DNA of 64,000 bases from Syntrophaceae bacterium. Lineage in GTDB: Bacteria; Desulfobacterota; BSN033; UBA1163. The stretch covers positions 2,356 to 66,355 of the forward strand of contig JACAEX010000033.1 in assembly GCA_013388635.1 (NCBI GenBank). The letters are read 5' to 3'. The notes beneath the pieces are model-generated. The model saw nothing but the letters and a program-made list of their open reading frames with translations. It did no database searches and was not told where the DNA came from. The position numbers were made by a program, and so were the translations under genes. Shown here in pieces: positions 46,960 through 55,887 of this stretch. Every line of letters starts with the position of its first letter. Position 1 is the first letter of the stretch.

Positions 46960-48216
46960 ATGGCTCGTTTATATGAGTATCAGGGAAAACAGCTGCTCAA
47001 GGCAGCAAAAGTCCCCATTCCTCAGGGAGAGGTGGCTACGACACCGGAGGAAGCGGGGAAGATAGCGGAGAAGATCGGGAAGCCGGTCGCGATCAAGGCG
47101 CAGATCTGGGCCGGAGGCCGGGGAAAGGCTGGAGGCATTAAGTTTGCCCAGAATCCGGAAGAGGCCAAAAAGGTCGCCAGCGATCTTCTCGGATCGGAGA
47201 TCAAGAAGCTCAAAGTGGAGAAGGTCCTTGTTGAGGAGAAGCTGGAGATCGACAAGGAGTACTATGCGGGCATCATTATCGATGCCTCCAGGGAGGTGCG
47301 TGCGCCTGTGGTGATGTTCAGCACAGAGGGAGGCATGGACATCGAATCGGTGCCTTCCGAAAAGATTGCCCAGATGCCTGTGGATGTTTTGAGAGGCTTT
47401 CGCCTTTACGATGCCCTCAATCTCGGAGTCAGGCTGAAGGTCCCGACCAAATTCCTTCCAGCGATTGCTCAGGCTGTGATGGGTCTGTACCAGACCTTCC
47501 GGTCATATCATTGCAGGACAGCGGAGATCAATCCTCTGGTTCAGACCAAGGATGGCAAGATACTGGCCGGAGATTGTCGGATGGCGATTGACGACTCCTC
47601 CGTATTCCGTCATCCGGAGCTCGGCATTGAGGTGGCGCGAGAGTCACCCACGCCTCCGACTGAGCTGGATAAGATTGCGTGGCAGATAGAGGAGGGAGAT
47701 CTCCGGGGGACCTGCTACATTGCGCAGATGGTTCCAGAGATAAAGGAGCTCAATTACGTAGGCTATCATGGAATCGGCGGAGGCGGTGCGATTCTCGGGG
47801 TCGATGCCCTGAACCGGCAGGGGCTCAAGATTGCTAACTATGCGGACACCAGTGGAAACCCGACTGCGGCAAAGGTCTACAGGGCGGCCAAAGTGATTAT
47901 TAACCAGCCGGGGATCGAAGGGTATATGCTCGGTGGATTCATCGTGGCGAATCAGGAGCAGTGGCACCACGCACACGGCGTGGTGAAGGCCCTTCGGGAG
48001 GAGATACCCAAGAGGCCGGGTTTCCCCTGCGTGATCCTCCTCTGCGGAAATAAAGAGAAGGAGTCGATGGAGATACTGAAAGAGGGGACGAAAGATTTGC
48101 CCGGAAGGTTTGAGTTCTATGGAAGCGATAAGGTTTACGAGACCGAATTCTTAGCCAAGAGAATGAAGGCGCTGATCCTGGAGTACCGGAGGGACAGAGG
48201 GATAAAGGAGGAGTAG
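46960..48216 (+). CDS. ATP-grasp beta subunit of an SCS/malate thiokinase/ACL-like acyl-CoA synthetase
   Basis: LYEYQGKQLL, IKAQIWAGGRGKAGGI, VLVEE, GGMDIE, AEINPL. The C-domain (ANYADTSGNP, GFIVANQE) diverges from SucC. Confidence 0.85.
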   Translation: MARLYEYQGKQLLKAAKVPIPQGEVATTPEEAGKIAEKIGKPVAIKAQIWAGGRGKAGGIKFAQNPEEAKKVASDLLGSEIKKLKVEKVLVEEKLEIDKEYYAGIIIDASREVRAPVVMFSTEGGMDIESVPSEKIAQMPVDVLRGFRLYDALNLGVRLKVPTKFLPAIAQAVMGLYQTFRSYHCRTAEINPLVQTKDGKILAGDCRMAIDDSSVFRHPELGIEVARESPTPPTELDKIAWQIEEGDLRGTCYIAQMVPEIKELNYVGYHGIGGGGAILGVDALNRQGLKIANYADTSGNPTAAKVYRAAKVIINQPGIEGYMLGGFIVANQEQWHHAHGVVKALREEIPKRPGFPCVILLCGNKEKESMEILKEGTKDLPGRFEFYGSDKVYETEFLAKRMKALILEYRRDRGIKEE

Positions 48217-48219
48217 GCG

Positions 48220-48513
48220 ATGATTGAGTTTAAAGAGAGAACGATCAAAGTCATCATCGACGATAGCAAATGCAAAGATTGTAAGACGCACGCATGCGCA
48301 GCGGGTTGTAAGCTCTATGACAGGGGCATCCTGGTCATTAAAGACGGCAAACCAGCGCTCGCCGGTGATGCGGCCTATGCGGAGAGGGTTGGGACGGAAT
48401 GCCTGGCCTGCGAGTATGAGTGTTCGTTCAGAGGAAATAAAGCGATCCGGATCGAAGCCCCCATTCCAGGGCTGAAGGAGTATTTGGAGAAACGGGGACT
48501 GTCACTTTCATAA
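48220..48513 (+). CDS. Small ferredoxin-like Fe-S protein
   Basis: CKDCKTHACAAGC and GTECLACEYEC (7 Cys). RBS GGAGGAG, 3 nt after the beta-subunit stop. Confidence 0.8.
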   Translation: MIEFKERTIKVIIDDSKCKDCKTHACAAGCKLYDRGILVIKDGKPALAGDAAYAERVGTECLACEYECSFRGNKAIRIEAPIPGLKEYLEKRGLSLS

Positions 48514-48526
48514 GAAGGAGTGAGAA

Positions 48527-49423
48527 ATGGCTATTTTGCTTGAAAAGAACACGACAGTGTTGGTTCAGGGAATTACCGGAAGGGAAGGGTCTGCTCGGGC
48601 GGTTTTCATGAGAGATTATGGCACCAAAGTCGTGGCAGGGGTGACACCCGGACGGGGCGGTGAAGACGTCTCAGGGATACCGGTCTACAATACCGTTGAG
48701 GAAGCGGTAAGAGCACATGGCCGGATCGATGCCAGTGTGACCTTTGTGCCCGGCCCAGGACTGAAAGATGCGGTCTTTGAGGCGATTGATGGAGGAATCA
48801 AGTTTATATCGATGCCGGTTGAGCGGGTCCCTCTGTATGACATCCTTGAGATGATGGCCTATGCAAAGGTTCATGGGGTTAAACTCCTCGGGCCAGGCTC
48901 AATCGGTATCATGAGCCCTGGGATCGCTGTCATGGGATGGCTGGGAGGCACGCCTGAGTTTGCCAAGAGGGTCTTCGTGCCAGGACCGGTTGGCGTGATC
49001 TCAAGAAGTGGGGGTCAATCCGGGACTGTACCCTGGGCCATTAAGGAAGCTGGGATGGGTGTCAGCACGGTGATCCACATCGGGACAGAGCCGGTTCTAG
49101 GTATGTCCTGTGGCGACATCCTGCCCCTGTTCGAGAAAGACCCGGACACGAAGGCGGTGGCGATGTTCGGGGAGATCGGCGGGCCCTATGAGGAGGAGGC
49201 CGCAGAGGCGGTGAGGAAGAAGGAGTTCACCAAACCTCTCGTGGTCTACGTCGCAGGCGCGTGGGCCCCTGAAGGGATGCGGTTCTCCCATGCCAGCAGC
49301 ATCATTGAGAGAGGAAGGGGGTCGGCGAAGGATAAGATCAAGTCGCTCAAGGAGGCCGGGGTCCATGTGGTCGATCGGCCGGATGAGATCGCCCCAACCC
49401 TCAAACGCTTGCTGAAAATTTAA
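48527..49423 (+). CDS. CoA-binding alpha subunit of the SCS-like synthetase
   Basis: VLVQGITGREG, GVTPGRGG, LLGPGS, ISRSGG, IGTEP, FGEIGG, phospho-His RFSHAS. Confidence 0.88.
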   Translation: MAILLEKNTTVLVQGITGREGSARAVFMRDYGTKVVAGVTPGRGGEDVSGIPVYNTVEEAVRAHGRIDASVTFVPGPGLKDAVFEAIDGGIKFISMPVERVPLYDILEMMAYAKVHGVKLLGPGSIGIMSPGIAVMGWLGGTPEFAKRVFVPGPVGVISRSGGQSGTVPWAIKEAGMGVSTVIHIGTEPVLGMSCGDILPLFEKDPDTKAVAMFGEIGGPYEEEAAEAVRKKEFTKPLVVYVAGAWAPEGMRFSHASSIIERGRGSAKDKIKSLKEAGVHVVDRPDEIAPTLKRLLKI

Positions 49424-49430
49424 CCTTGAA

Positions 49431-49592
49431 CAAGAAATTCGAAGCACGAAATCCCTGCCTACCGCAGGCAGGCGAAATTCGAAACGAGCACGAATTACGA
49501 AAATACATTAATGATCGAAATAGGGGGTTTAGAACTTGAAGGATTTGGATTGAAGATTTGTTTCGGATTTCGATATTCGAAATTCGGATTTA
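49431..49592. repeat. Intergenic palindromic repeat, copy 2, with nested CCTGCCTACCGCAGGCAGG hairpin
   Basis: AAATTCGAAGCACGAAA (49435-49451), interrupted by a 19-nt hairpin (49454-49472), closing with tttcggatttcgatattcgaaattcggattt. Confidence 0.65.
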
Positions 49593-49614
49593 TTCCCAAA
49601 CAGGAGGTATGACA

Positions 49615-50511
49615 ATGACTGTGATGAGATCTGTTTTTTATGTTCCGGGGAATAATGAAAAGATGGTGGCCAAAGCACCGGAGATTCCAGCCGACATCAT
49701 CACCCTCGACCTGGAAGACTCTGTTCCACCCGCTGAAAAAGCGAAGGCCCGTGAGATGACCCGTGAGAATCTGAAGTTTGCAGGCTCTGGAGGGTCGACC
49801 GTATACGTCCGGATCAACAACTGGGAGACGTTGATGACGAACGATGACCTTGAGGCGATCGTCCACGAAGGGCTCTCCGGGGTCTGTCTGGCGAAGTGTG
49901 GAGGGCCGGATCATGTCCAGCGCCTCGACTGGAAGCTTGAGGAGCTCGAGAGGAGAAGAGGCCTGCCTGTAGGGAGCATCGCCATCCAGCTTCTCATCGA
50001 AACAGCCAAAGGGGTGATCAACGCCTATCCCTCAGCCATCGCAAGCAAAAGGGTCAACTCCCTGATCTTCGGTGCGGTGGATTACACAAAAGATATGAGG
50101 GTGAAGCTGACGATCGAAGGCGAGGAGCAGTTCTATGCGAGGGCCCATACTGCTGTTGCGGCAAGGGCTGCAGGGTGCATTGCCATTGACTGCCCGTTTG
50201 TGGCGTACAAAGACACCGAGGCATTTGAAAAGAGCACGCGATTTGGCCGTCAATTAGGCTATGAAGGAAGGATGCTCATCCATCCAAGCCAGATCGAACC
50301 CTCTCACCGGATCTACACGCCAGCACCGGAGGACGTGGAATGGGCCAGAGGGGTGGTCAAGGTCTTCGAGGAGGAGGGAATTGCCAAAGGCGCGGCCGCG
50401 GTCTCCTATCAGGGGAAGATGGTAGACACCCCGGTCTATGAGAATGCGAAGACGATCCTGGCCATTATGGAAGAGATCGCCGCCTTCGATGCAAAGCGCA
50501 AAAAGGCCTGA
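49615..50511 (+). CDS. CitE/HpcH family acyl-CoA lyase (malyl-/citramalyl-/citryl-CoA lyase-like)
   Basis: RSVFYVPG, DLEDSV, YVRIN, LLIETAKG, FGAVDY, GRMLIHPSQI, GKMVDTP. Confidence 0.9.
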   Translation: MTVMRSVFYVPGNNEKMVAKAPEIPADIITLDLEDSVPPAEKAKAREMTRENLKFAGSGGSTVYVRINNWETLMTNDDLEAIVHEGLSGVCLAKCGGPDHVQRLDWKLEELERRRGLPVGSIAIQLLIETAKGVINAYPSAIASKRVNSLIFGAVDYTKDMRVKLTIEGEEQFYARAHTAVAARAAGCIAIDCPFVAYKDTEAFEKSTRFGRQLGYEGRMLIHPSQIEPSHRIYTPAPEDVEWARGVVKVFEEEGIAKGAAAVSYQGKMVDTPVYENAKTILAIMEEIAAFDAKRKKA

Positions 50512-50770
50512 GATCAATCCCAGCTAAATGGTTTTCCTTCTTAGTCCGATTCCAAGAAGCAGGATCATTAAGAAGCGAAAGACCATCCCCTTGCTTTGTG
50601 CCTGTGTCGTAATCATGACAAGGGGGTGATCTCCGCGGAGAGGCAATCAGCCTCGTCACCTGACCGCCTCTCCCGTGTAGCGACAGAAGTGTTTTTTAGG
50701 CAATGATGACACAGCTTTCGAGGGGTGAGGTATCCTGTTTTTGTCTTGATCAGTCAAGGAGCTTAAAGGA

Positions 50771-51682
50771 ATGAAGATCGTTCTCGTAGGCCAGGGCCCT
50801 TTTGGAGAGAAGGTTTTGAGGTCTCTGGTTGAGAACGGCGAGAAAGTGGTCGGCGTCTTCTGTCCTCCGGATCGGAGGGGAGAGCCGTTGAGGGAGGCCG
50901 CAGAGCAGGCAGGCGTTTTGTTCTTTCGTCCCTCCCGGATGAAGAATCCCGAAGTCTATGAAGCCTACCTGAAGTTGGAGCCCGATCTGGTCATCCTTGC
51001 CTTTGTAACCGATATCATTCCAGAGAGGCTGCTCGATCTTCCTTCGATCGGGACGATCTGCTATCATCCCTCTCTTCTGCCAAGGCATCGAGGAGCCAGT
51101 GCGATCAACTGGGCGATCATCATGGGAGAGACCCGAACGGGGCTGACAATCCTTTGGGCCGATAAGGGGATTGATACCGGACCGATCCTCCTTCAAAAAG
51201 AGGTGGAGATCGGGCCCCATGATACTGCAGGGACCCTTTATTTTAATACCCTCTTTCCTCTCGGGGTTCATGCGATCATGGAGGCGGTTGAGCTGATCGA
51301 AAAGGGAAGGGCGCCTCGAATCCCTCAGGACGATTCAAAGGCGACCTATGAGCCTCCTTGCGATGATCGGGTGGCGAGGATCGATTTTGGGAGACCGGCC
51401 AGGGACGTCTACAATCTGATCAGGGGGTGCGATCCTCAGCCCGGTGCTTATACAACCTTTAAGGGGAAGAAGACGAGGTTTTATGAGGCCATGCTGATTC
51501 CGGAATCCACGGGAAGGGCCTTGGGAGAGATCATCTCCATCGAGGAGAGTGGACTTCGGGTTGCACTAAAAGATGGCGTCATCCAGATCGGTAGACTGAG
51601 GACGGAGAAAGGGGAGAAGGTTGGCCCGATCGAGTTTGCTAAATTGACCGACTTGAGAGCAGGAGATCGATTTGGAGAATAG
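50771..51682 (+). CDS. Stand-alone formyltransferase domain, similar to the 10-formyl-THF hydrolase domain of ALDH1L1
   Basis: MKIVLVGQ..FG, YHPSLLPRHRGASAINW, WADKGIDTG, LFPLG, GRAPRIPQ..ATYE, C-terminal Fmt_C domain. Confidence 0.85.
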   Translation: MKIVLVGQGPFGEKVLRSLVENGEKVVGVFCPPDRRGEPLREAAEQAGVLFFRPSRMKNPEVYEAYLKLEPDLVILAFVTDIIPERLLDLPSIGTICYHPSLLPRHRGASAINWAIIMGETRTGLTILWADKGIDTGPILLQKEVEIGPHDTAGTLYFNTLFPLGVHAIMEAVELIEKGRAPRIPQDDSKATYEPPCDDRVARIDFGRPARDVYNLIRGCDPQPGAYTTFKGKKTRFYEAMLIPESTGRALGEIISIEESGLRVALKDGVIQIGRLRTEKGEKVGPIEFAKLTDLRAGDRFGE

Positions 51683-51789
51683 GACAATTTTAGACAGGGA
51701 TTTCGGATTGGAGAGGCTTTGAAGATAAACCCTCCGAATTCTTAACTCATGACTCCGAACTGTTTTGCACAAAATTCCAGGAGGTTTTG

Positions 51790-53181
51790 ATGGAACGAGA
51801 GAAGATGGTTGAGGAACTGGCGGGGATCGTAGGGAAGGAGAATGTCCTGTCCTCTGAGACGGACTTGCTCCTCTACGGCTACGATGCCTCCCTCTTCAGG
51901 GGAAGGCCTGACTGCATCGTCCTTCCTGGTTCGACCGAAGAGGTTTCGAAGATCGTCAAGTTCGCCCGGGCGAATGGCATCCATATTGTCGCCAGGGGAT
52001 CTGGAACGAACCTGAGCGGTGGGACCATTCCCACCCAGGGAGGGATCGTCCTTCACTTTTCTCGGATGAACAGGGTTCTGGAGATCGACATCGAGAATCA
52101 GAGGGCCGTGGTGGAGCCGGGGATCTTCACCCTTGTGCTGAAGAACCAATTGGCCCGTTACGGATATATTTACCAACCCGATCCGGCCAGCGAGAAGGTC
52201 TCCACGCTTGGAGGAAATTTCGGAGAAAATTCGGGAGGGCCCCACTGCCTCAAATACGGGGTGACGACCAACCACATCTTAGGGGCAGAGGTTGTGCTCT
52301 ACGACGGTGAGGTGATTCAGGTCGGCGGCAAAGCCCTTGACCATCCGGGTTACGATCTAACCGGCGTGCTAGTGGGATCGGAGGGAACACTGGGAATTGC
52401 GACGAAGTTGATCCTCCGGATCATGCCAAAACCTGAAGCGGTCAAGACGATGCTCGCCATCTACAACTCCCTGGAGGATGCAGGCAGGACGGTCTCCGCG
52501 ATCATTGCCGATGGGATCATCCCTGCGACCTTAGAGATGATTGACCGATTGACGATTAAGGCGGTTGAGGAGTCGATCCACGCCGGATTTCCTCTCGATG
52601 CAGAGGCTGTTCTTCTAATCGAACTGGATGGATTAAAGGATGGGATGGAGAGGCTGGCTGAAAGGATCATGGAGATATGCAGGAAGAACAATGTCCGTGA
52701 GGTGAAGGTGGCAAAGACCGAGGCAGAGAGGGCGCAGCTCTGGGCCGGACGAAGGGGTGCCTTCGGCGCGGTGGCCCGGCTCAGGCCGAACTACTTTGTC
52801 TGCGACGGAACCGTTCCGAGAACAAGGCTGCCCGAGGTTCTGACCAGGGTGATGGAGATAGGCAGGAGATACGGCCTCGCCATTGCGAATGTCTTCCATG
52901 CGGGAGATGGAAACCTTCATCCTCTTATCCTTTTCGATGAGCGAAATGAGGAGGAGCTGAGAAAGGTCCATTTAGCCGGGTCTGAGATCTTGAAATTATG
53001 TGCTGATGCAGGTGGGACGATCAGCGGGGAGCATGGCATTGGCACGGAGAAGATGAAGGAGATGCTCTTCGTCTTCAACTCTCAGGACATTGCGGCCATG
53101 AAAAAGGTAAAGAAGGCCTTCGACCCTGAGGATGTTTATAATCCGGGGAAGGTCCTGCCGGAACAGACGCTCTCTGCTTAG
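51790..53181 (+). CDS. glcD: Glycolate dehydrogenase FAD subunit
   Basis: RGSGTNLSGG, PDPASEKVSTLGG, NSGGPHCLKYGVT, GSEGTLG, FHAGDGNLHP, SGEHGIG, NPGK. Confidence 0.88.
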   Translation: MEREKMVEELAGIVGKENVLSSETDLLLYGYDASLFRGRPDCIVLPGSTEEVSKIVKFARANGIHIVARGSGTNLSGGTIPTQGGIVLHFSRMNRVLEIDIENQRAVVEPGIFTLVLKNQLARYGYIYQPDPASEKVSTLGGNFGENSGGPHCLKYGVTTNHILGAEVVLYDGEVIQVGGKALDHPGYDLTGVLVGSEGTLGIATKLILRIMPKPEAVKTMLAIYNSLEDAGRTVSAIIADGIIPATLEMIDRLTIKAVEESIHAGFPLDAEAVLLIELDGLKDGMERLAERIMEICRKNNVREVKVAKTEAERAQLWAGRRGAFGAVARLRPNYFVCDGTVPRTRLPEVLTRVMEIGRRYGLAIANVFHAGDGNLHPLILFDERNEEELRKVHLAGSEILKLCADAGGTISGEHGIGTEKMKEMLFVFNSQDIAAMKKVKKAFDPEDVYNPGKVLPEQTLSA

Positions 53182-53203
53182 CGTGGGAGAAGGAGAAAGG
53201 AGT

Positions 53204-54565
53204 ATGCCCAGCACCATGAAAACGCTTTCTCGGCTGCAAGAGATCGTTGGGGAAGCCAATCTCATTAAGGATCGCGATAGGCTAAAGGCTTATAAACTGG
53301 ATGGAAAGACCCCCAAGGTGGTTGTCTCTCCGGCGACGGTCGACGAGACCTCCAGGGTCGTGGCTTATGCCTATGAAAAAGGGTTAGCCCTCGTCCCGAG
53401 AGGGAATGGGACAAAGATGAAGATGGGTGGCATTCCCAAAAGGGTGGACATCCTTCTTTCAACCACCCGGCTCAATCGGATAACTGATAAGGACTGCGAC
53501 AATCTCACCCTCTGCGTAGAAAGCGGCATCACCCTCGATGAGGTTCAGAAGACCCTGGCCAGAGAGGGGAGAGGCTACTTTCTTCCTCTCGACCCACCTT
53601 TCTCAGATAAGGCGACGCTCGGCGGGATTGTGGCGACAAATGCGAGCGGGCCCAAGAGATTGCTCTACGGCACAGCGAGAGACTTAATTACAGGTATGAA
53701 GACGGTCTTCCCCAATGGGGATGTGGTGGTTTCAGGTGGGAAGACGGTCAAGAATGTCTCCGGCTATGATATGTGTAAACTCCTGATCGGTTCTTTTGGA
53801 ACCCTGGGCATCATCTGTGAGATGACTTTTAGACTCCTTCCCCTTCCCGAAAAGGAGGCGACTCTCCTCCTCTCCTTCCAAAAGCTGGAGCAGGCCGATG
53901 GATTCGTTCGGGAGATCATCTCGTCCCAGCTTATTCCTGCCTCCATTGAAACCCTCAACCGACCGGCTCTCGATTATTTGAAACGCCAGATCCCTCTATC
54001 GACGGATGGGAATTATCTCGTTGCCATTGGATTGGAGGGTGTTCGAGAGGGTGTGGAGAGACAGATGGCTGAGATTGGGGAACGGGGGAAGAGATACGGA
54101 TGTGTCAACGCGGAGGCGATGGATGGGGAGGAAGGAGAGGCCTTTTGGAAGGCCCTTCGAGACTTCTCGATCTGGAGCGATCCGGATCTCATCTCTCTCA
54201 AGTCGAATTTTTTCCTGTCAAAACACGGGGAGATGATCGCAAGTTATGAAAGGATGACCGCAGAATCGGGTGTTCGATCTGCCTTGATCTGCCATTCCGG
54301 AAATGGGATCCTTTATTCCCATCTCCTCACGGCAAAGGTTTCGCGATCAAAAGCCGAGGTCTTGGCCGGGCTGATTCAAAAGATGACCCTGGAAGCGGTG
54401 AAGAACGGAGGAAATCTGATTGTGGAGTCGGCCCCTTCTTCTCTTAAAAAGAGAATCGATGTGTGGGGAGAGGCCCGGAGCGATCTCCGGATCATGCAGC
54501 GTATTAAAGAGGAGATGGATCCGAGGAGAATCCTCAACCCGGGAAGGTTTGTAGGAGGAATCTAA
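53204..54565 (+). CDS. glcE: Glycolate dehydrogenase second FAD-binding subunit
   Basis: ATLGGIVATNASGP.RLLYG..RD, GGKTVKNVSGYDMCKL.IGSFGTLG, ILNPGRF. Lacks GEHG. Confidence 0.88.
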   Translation: MPSTMKTLSRLQEIVGEANLIKDRDRLKAYKLDGKTPKVVVSPATVDETSRVVAYAYEKGLALVPRGNGTKMKMGGIPKRVDILLSTTRLNRITDKDCDNLTLCVESGITLDEVQKTLAREGRGYFLPLDPPFSDKATLGGIVATNASGPKRLLYGTARDLITGMKTVFPNGDVVVSGGKTVKNVSGYDMCKLLIGSFGTLGIICEMTFRLLPLPEKEATLLLSFQKLEQADGFVREIISSQLIPASIETLNRPALDYLKRQIPLSTDGNYLVAIGLEGVREGVERQMAEIGERGKRYGCVNAEAMDGEEGEAFWKALRDFSIWSDPDLISLKSNFFLSKHGEMIASYERMTAESGVRSALICHSGNGILYSHLLTAKVSRSKAEVLAGLIQKMTLEAVKNGGNLIVESAPSSLKKRIDVWGEARSDLRIMQRIKEEMDPRRILNPGRFVGGI

Positions 54566-54569
54566 CGTA

Positions 54570-54710
54570 CCAAAAATGCGAAATCCGAATGTCGAAATCC
54601 GAAACAGATTCAAAATGTTAATTTTCAAGATTTGGATCTTTTTTGTTTAGAAAATTAGGATTTTGAACATTCGATATTGTTTCGAATTTCGTGCTTCGAA
54701 TTTAGGATTT
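54570..54710. repeat. Intergenic palindromic repeat, copy 3
   Basis: cgaaatccgaatgtcgaaatccgaaac ... gaacattcgatattgtttcgaatttcgtgcttcgaatttaggattt. The two ends are imperfect inverted repeats. Confidence 0.65.
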
Positions 54711-54731
54711 TACGCGAGGAAAGAGTGAATT

Positions 54732-55880
54732 ATGAAACAGGAAGAGCTGAAGACATTGTTATACGATGAGATCGCCAAATGCAATCGGTGTGGCTTCTGT
54801 TTGGCAGTCTGTCCTGTTTATACCGTTAAAGGAAGAGAGTGGGCGACGCCAAGGGGTAAGAATGCGCTGATCCGGGCGATCATCGAGAATAAGATCGATT
54901 GGACCCCGGAGATCGAGGAGACCCTCTTCCGCTGTACCGGATGCAGGCTCTGTACCCAGACCTGTTTTCCTGCTGTGGAGACGAACCAGGGTGTTCTCGC
55001 AGGAAGGGAGTGCCTGGTCGACAGAAGGCAGTACCCAAAGGTTGTCGATCGGGTGGTGGAGGCCCTGGAGAAGAATTTCAATATCTCCGGTGAGTCAAAT
55101 CAAAGCCGTTCGATGTGGGTGGAGGGATTGGGGGAGGTTCCCGATCATAAGTTTCAAAAGGAGAGGGCTGAGGTGATCTACTTCGTCGGATGTGTGGCAG
55201 CCTTCTACCCCATGGCCCATAAAATTCCTCAGACCTTTGTCCGGATTCTGGACAGGGCCGGAGTGGACTTCACCATCCTTGGAGGAGAGGAGTGGTGCTG
55301 CGGGTTTCCTCTGATTCAGGCAGGGATGAAGGAGAAGATGGGAAAACTGGTGGAACACAATGAGCAGAAGGTGAAGGAGGTGGGTGCGAAGGCCGTTGTC
55401 TTTGCCTGTCCCTCCTGTTATCACACGTGGAAGGAGAGGTATCATACCGATGCTGAGCTGCTCCACTCCACCCAGTTCATGGAGAGACTGATCGAGGAGA
55501 AGAAGATTGCTTTCAATAACGGGATTGAGAGGAAGGTGACCTATCACGATCCCTGCGATCTCGGCAGAAACAGTGGCGTTTACGACCCGCCGAGAAATAT
55601 ATTGAGAAAAATCCCCAATCTTCATCTGGTCGAACTGGAAGGAAATCGCCAGCTATCGGTTTGTTGTGGCGGGGGAGGGGATCTTGAGATGATCGATCCG
55701 GAGCTCTCCGCAGCCATTGCTCAAAGGAAGGTCGAAGAGATTCAGAGGACCGGAGCGGACGAGGTGGTCACTTCCTGCCAGCAATGCATCCGGACGATCT
55801 CCGGTTACGCCAGAAAACACAAGATCAAAATCAGGGTCAAGGATATTACCGAAGTGGTCTGGGAGGCGATGGTAAAGTAG
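54732..55880 (+). CDS. Fe-S/CCG-domain subunit (GlcF role, HdrD-like sequence)
   Basis: CNRCGFCLAVCP, CTGCRLCTQTC, FVGC, WCCGFP, YHDPCDLGR, CCGGGG, TSCQQC. Confidence 0.9.
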   Translation: MKQEELKTLLYDEIAKCNRCGFCLAVCPVYTVKGREWATPRGKNALIRAIIENKIDWTPEIEETLFRCTGCRLCTQTCFPAVETNQGVLAGRECLVDRRQYPKVVDRVVEALEKNFNISGESNQSRSMWVEGLGEVPDHKFQKERAEVIYFVGCVAAFYPMAHKIPQTFVRILDRAGVDFTILGGEEWCCGFPLIQAGMKEKMGKLVEHNEQKVKEVGAKAVVFACPSCYHTWKERYHTDAELLHSTQFMERLIEEKKIAFNNGIERKVTYHDPCDLGRNSGVYDPPRNILRKIPNLHLVELEGNRQLSVCCGGGGDLEMIDPELSAAIAQRKVEEIQRTGADEVVTSCQQCIRTISGYARKHKIKIRVKDITEVVWEAMVK

Positions 55881-55887
55881 ATTTAGC

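Noticed and set aside
46960-49423. Ordinary TCA-cycle sucCD
   Set aside because: The SucC (NGAGLAM, GGIVRCD) and SucD (SRSGTL, MGHAG) signatures are missing, a ferredoxin gene is interposed, and the context is a lyase/GlcDE operon.
50512-50770. 259-nt gap before the formyltransferase as a ZTP, THF or glycine riboswitch
   Set aside because: Some pairing potential exists (CCCCTTG/CAAGGGG, TGTCG/CGACA), but the conserved cores (GACTGGCG...CCTGGGC for ZTP; GGAGA...CCGAAG...CTCTCAGG for glycine) are absent. An Rfam/Infernal scan would settle it.
50771-51682. Methionyl-tRNA formyltransferase (fmt)
   Set aside because: The motifs are ALDH1L1-like and there is no def/rsmB context.
44421-54710. Short repeated units as a CRISPR array
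   Set aside because: There are no regularly spaced identical repeats with unique spacers and no cas genes. The units are low-complexity inverted repeats.
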